A stretch of DNA of 64,000 bases from Alphaproteobacteria bacterium (GTDB taxonomy: Bacteria > Pseudomonadota > Alphaproteobacteria > MPNO01 > UBA830). Below, piece after piece: positions 61,210-64,000 of the stretch. Location: assembly GCA_965243135.1 (NCBI GenBank), contig OZ251539.1:2496001-2560000 (forward strand), in the 5' to 3' direction. Every line of letters begins with the position of its first letter. The first letter of the stretch is position 1. The translations under genes were made by a program, and so were the position numbers. The notes beneath the pieces were generated by a model that had not been told where the DNA came from, ran no database searches, and saw nothing but the letters and a program-made list of their open reading frames with translations.

Positions 61210-62811
61210 CTACAGCGTCCAGACCGTCACCCCGCGCCCGTCCTGTCGGCTTGCCTCGCCCTCGCCGCTCCGGCGCCCCTCCACCCCGGTCCGGCGGTCA
61301 ATCACCACCAGATGCCCTTCGTCCGCCCCGCACTTCGCCATGTAGCCCAGCGTCTGCTCCACCCCCCGCTCGGCGGTCCGCTCCGGGCTCTTGCGGTCCG
61401 AGTCCCGCAGCACCTTGCACTCGACCACGAAACGCTCCCACAGGTCCGACGGCTGACCCGCCTCCCGCGGCCACAGCACCAGCAGGTCCGTCCGGCCCCG
61501 TCCGAGGCCGTACTCCCGCTCGATGCGGCCGCCGCCGTTCACCACCCGCTGCAGGTACGCCTGCAGGATGAGCTGCGGGCCGGCCTCCGGATACTCGGCG
61601 AAGCGCTCCAGCCAGTGCTCCGCATGCTCGCCGAAGAACGCGCGGAACGCCGTCAGCAGCTTCGTCATGTCCAGCCGGCCGGCCTCGTCCACGTACCACG
61701 CCAGCTGCACGTCCAGGCTGTCCTGCAACACGTAGCCAAGCTCGCGCGGCACCACCTCCGCGTAAATCGGGTTCGCCATGCGCGGCGGCGAGTCCGGCGC
61801 GAGCAGGCCCAGGTCGCGCGCATATTCCAGGTCGCGGGCATGGTGCCGCGCCTCCCCGCCGCTCAGGATAGGCTCGACGACCCGCCGCACCCGCGCCTCC
61901 TCCAGCTTGTGCGACAACTGGTCCAGATGCGTACGCCGCGACAGGATCAACTCCTCCCGGGCGGCGTAGACGTCGTCCGGTTCGATCGTCCGCGAGCGGT
62001 CCCGCCCCGCCTTGTCGTCGAAGCATGTCCCCGCGCACAGCGCGTTCACCAGCCACGGCTGCCCCCGCGTCTGCGTCCATACCGCTTCCTGCGCCGCCTC
62101 CGAAAAGCGCTGGCCGGTCTCCTCCGTGTGCTGCGCCATCAGCGCGCGCGTCTCCGCCTCGGTGAAGTCGCCCAGGCGAACCGACTTCGCCGCGACGTTG
62201 AACGGGCTGCCGCCGGCGACGACCTCGCCGGCGCTCGACCGGATGCGGTAGTCGCGGATGTCGCGCAACCCGCACAGCACGACGCTCTGCGGAAAGCCCT
62301 CGGGACGATGTTCGTAGCCGGCGCGGAGCTGGCGCAGCACCGAGAGCAGGGTGTCGCCGACTAGCGAGTCGATCTCGTCCACCAGCAGCACCAGCGGCGT
62401 CGGGTTCGCCGCGCACCAGCGGGAGAGCAGCCCCTTCAGCGCGTTGTCCGGCCCCGCCTTCGCCAAAACGTCCGGCCAGACGCCGTCCGGGTAGTCGTCG
62501 CCCAGAAGCAGCGCGCTCTCCGCCAGGTTGCTCAGAACGGCGCGGATGCCGCGCGCGGTGTCGTCGCGCGCCACCTGGCCGACCTCGACGTTCACGTTCA
62601 CGCAGCGGAAGTCGCCGGCTTCGCCCCTGTTGAGCAGGTCGCGCAGGGCGATCAGGGCGGAGGTCTTGCCCGTCTGGCGCGGCGCGTGCAGCGCGAAGTA
62701 GTTCTGGGTCCGAATCAGGTCCAGCAGTTCCGCCAGGTCCATCCGCTCCAGCGGCTGGATGGCGTAGTGCTTGTCCGGACGCACCGGCCCTGCGGTATTG
62801 AAGCGGCGCAT
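61210..62811 (-). CDS. AAA-like ATPase with C-terminal PD-(D/E)XK-like domain
   Basis: FNTAGP, APRQTGKT, LLVDEID, SPFNV, GQPWLVN, EREYGLGRGRTDL, VVECK; ATG at 62811. Confidence 0.85.
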   Translation of the reverse strand: MRRFNTAGPVRPDKHYAIQPLERMDLAELLDLIRTQNYFALHAPRQTGKTSALIALRDLLNRGEAGDFRCVNVNVEVGQVARDDTARGIRAVLSNLAESALLLGDDYPDGVWPDVLAKAGPDNALKGLLSRWCAANPTPLVLLVDEIDSLVGDTLLSVLRQLRAGYEHRPEGFPQSVVLCGLRDIRDYRIRSSAGEVVAGGSPFNVAAKSVRLGDFTEAETRALMAQHTEETGQRFSEAAQEAVWTQTRGQPWLVNALCAGTCFDDKAGRDRSRTIEPDDVYAAREELILSRRTHLDQLSHKLEEARVRRVVEPILSGGEARHHARDLEYARDLGLLAPDSPPRMANPIYAEVVPRELGYVLQDSLDVQLAWYVDEAGRLDMTKLLTAFRAFFGEHAEHWLERFAEYPEAGPQLILQAYLQRVVNGGGRIEREYGLGRGRTDLLVLWPREAGQPSDLWERFVVECKVLRDSDRKSPERTAERGVEQTLGYMAKCGADEGHLVVIDRRTGVEGRRSGEGEASRQDGRGVTVWTL

Positions 62812-63404
62812 GGACCGATTATAGCATCTATCGCCGGGGCAGCGTCGGCCGCCCTGTACCGGACGGTCAGCGATGCGAACCCGGCAGCGGCAGCACGTCG
62901 TTTCGCTCGGAATCGACTTCGCTGCATAGCGCGGAGGACCGCCTGCGCCGCCGACCGGTGCGAAGCGCATGTCCCGCCCGCCGCAAACGCGCCGGAGCGC
63001 ACGGCTGCCGGAGCCGGCAGGCGGCAGCGAGGCACCTCGGGCCTGTTTCCCGCTGCCTTCCTTTGCGGAATTCCGGTGGCGCGCGCCGTCAGGCTTTCAT
63101 GCGGCAGCGCTTCGGCAACCGCGCCGGCGATCTCGTCGACCGAGGCGGATTCCGCCTTCTTCGCCGCTGGAATCACGCAGAAGGCCCGGAAGAAAGCGCT
63201 GCCGAGGGCCGCCGCTTGCCTGACGGCAACCTGCTTCAGGGCATGAGCGACAGCGGATGTCGTCGGTCGGTCCGAACGCCTCGTCGGACAAGCGAAGTTT
63301 TTCGCGCACGATGCCTGTTGCCCCGAACCGCGCCCGGTCCGCGCTCGACGATGGGCGATCCCTTGCGTAGCGCGAGGATTCGGCGAATCCTCGCCGCTCC
63401 CATG

Positions 63405-63675
63405 CCGGGTTGTCGCCGAGCGCGGACTTTCCGGGTTGTCGCCGAGCGCGGACTTTCCGGGTTGTCGCCGAGCGCGGACTTTCCGGGTTGTCGCCGAGCG
63501 CGGACTTTCCGGATTGTCGCCGAGCGCGGACTTTCCGGATTGTCGCCGAGCGCGGACTTTCCGGATTGTCGCCGAGCGCGGACTTTCCGGATTGTCGCCG
63601 AGCGCGGACTTTCCGGATTGTCGCCGAGCGCGGACTTTCCGGATTGTCGCCGAGCGCGGACTTTCCGGATTGTCG
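63405..63675. repeat. 26-bp tandem repeat, 10 full copies plus 11 bp
   Basis: CCGG(G/A)TTGTCGCCGAGCGCGGACTTT from 63405; first four copies have G, the rest A. Confidence 0.97.
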
Positions 63676-63698
63676 TCATTCAACGACATAAGTATAAT
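63670..63698 (+). promoter_or_regulatory. Sigma70-type promoter with overlapping palindromic operator
   Basis: TTGTCG (63670-75), 17 bp, TATAAT (63693-98); palindrome TGTCG-N8-CGACA at 63671-63688. Confidence 0.7.
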
Positions 63699-63733
63699 CC
63701 CGCCGTTCGTCAGCAAATGGACAAGTCAAGGCC

Positions 63734-64000
63734 ATGCAGATTCGCACGCCCTTGGAACTCGGCCTCGTCATTCGCGACCGGCGCCGTAAACTCGAACTGA
63801 CCCAGACCGACCTTGCCCGCAAGGTCGGCGTCGGACGCCAGTGGATCGTGGCCGTCGAGAGCGGAAAATCCAGAGCGGAAGTCGGCTTGGTCCTGCGCGC
63901 GCTGTCCGCCCTCGATCTGCGGGTCGAGATCGGCGCGCCCCTTCCCCGGTCGGACGACAAGATAGACCCCGTCGACATCGACGCCATCGTGAATGCCGCC
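63734..64000 (+). CDS. XRE/HipB-like HTH regulator (antitoxin-like), runs off the window end
   Basis: MQIRTPLELGLVIRDRRRKLELTQTDLARKVGVGRQWIVAVESGK..VDIDAIV; not in the supplied ORF track. Confidence 0.85.
   Translation, partial: MQIRTPLELGLVIRDRRRKLELTQTDLARKVGVGRQWIVAVESGKSRAEVGLVLRALSALDLRVEIGAPLPRSDDKIDPVDIDAIVNAA

Noticed and set aside
63405-63675. Tandem repeat as a CRISPR array or a repeat-protein gene
   Set aside because: Units are head-to-tail with no spacers; 26 is not a multiple of 3, so the repetitive ORFs on both strands are by-products.
1-64000. tRNA, rRNA, cas genes, integrase
   Set aside because: None recognised in the window.

Overview
GC-rich bacterial chromosome segment, probably alphaproteobacterial (purB, DUF1476, purC, BioC/NDUFAF5-like methyltransferase). 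It is rich in catabolic genes (three molybdenum hydroxylase large subunits, LLM monooxygenases, PhyH, TauD, CoA ligase, hydroxycinnamoyl-CoA hydratase/lyase) interleaved with decayed mobile and defence DNA: an IS4 element with a DUF4338 domain, a group II intron 3' remnant, an ISKra4-like relic, a type I R-M locus (hsdM, hsdS) followed by an ATPase + HNH pair with no hsdR in view, and a frameshifted CTAG-bounded element. The top signal is two cas-less mini-arrays 35 kb apart (14624-14773 and 49732-49881). Each has three identical 28-bp repeats and two unique 33-bp inserts (61-bp period, type I-E CRISPR geometry), but the two repeats differ in sequence. The first repeat is in-frame coding sequence of a PHP-domain gene that the inserts frameshift. 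This looks like natural, repeated ectopic spacer integration creating new arrays and knocking out a gene. A 26-bp x10 tandem repeat also appears to be an amplified operator fused to the promoter of a HipB-like gene. All product calls come from motif recognition by eye; no database searches were run.
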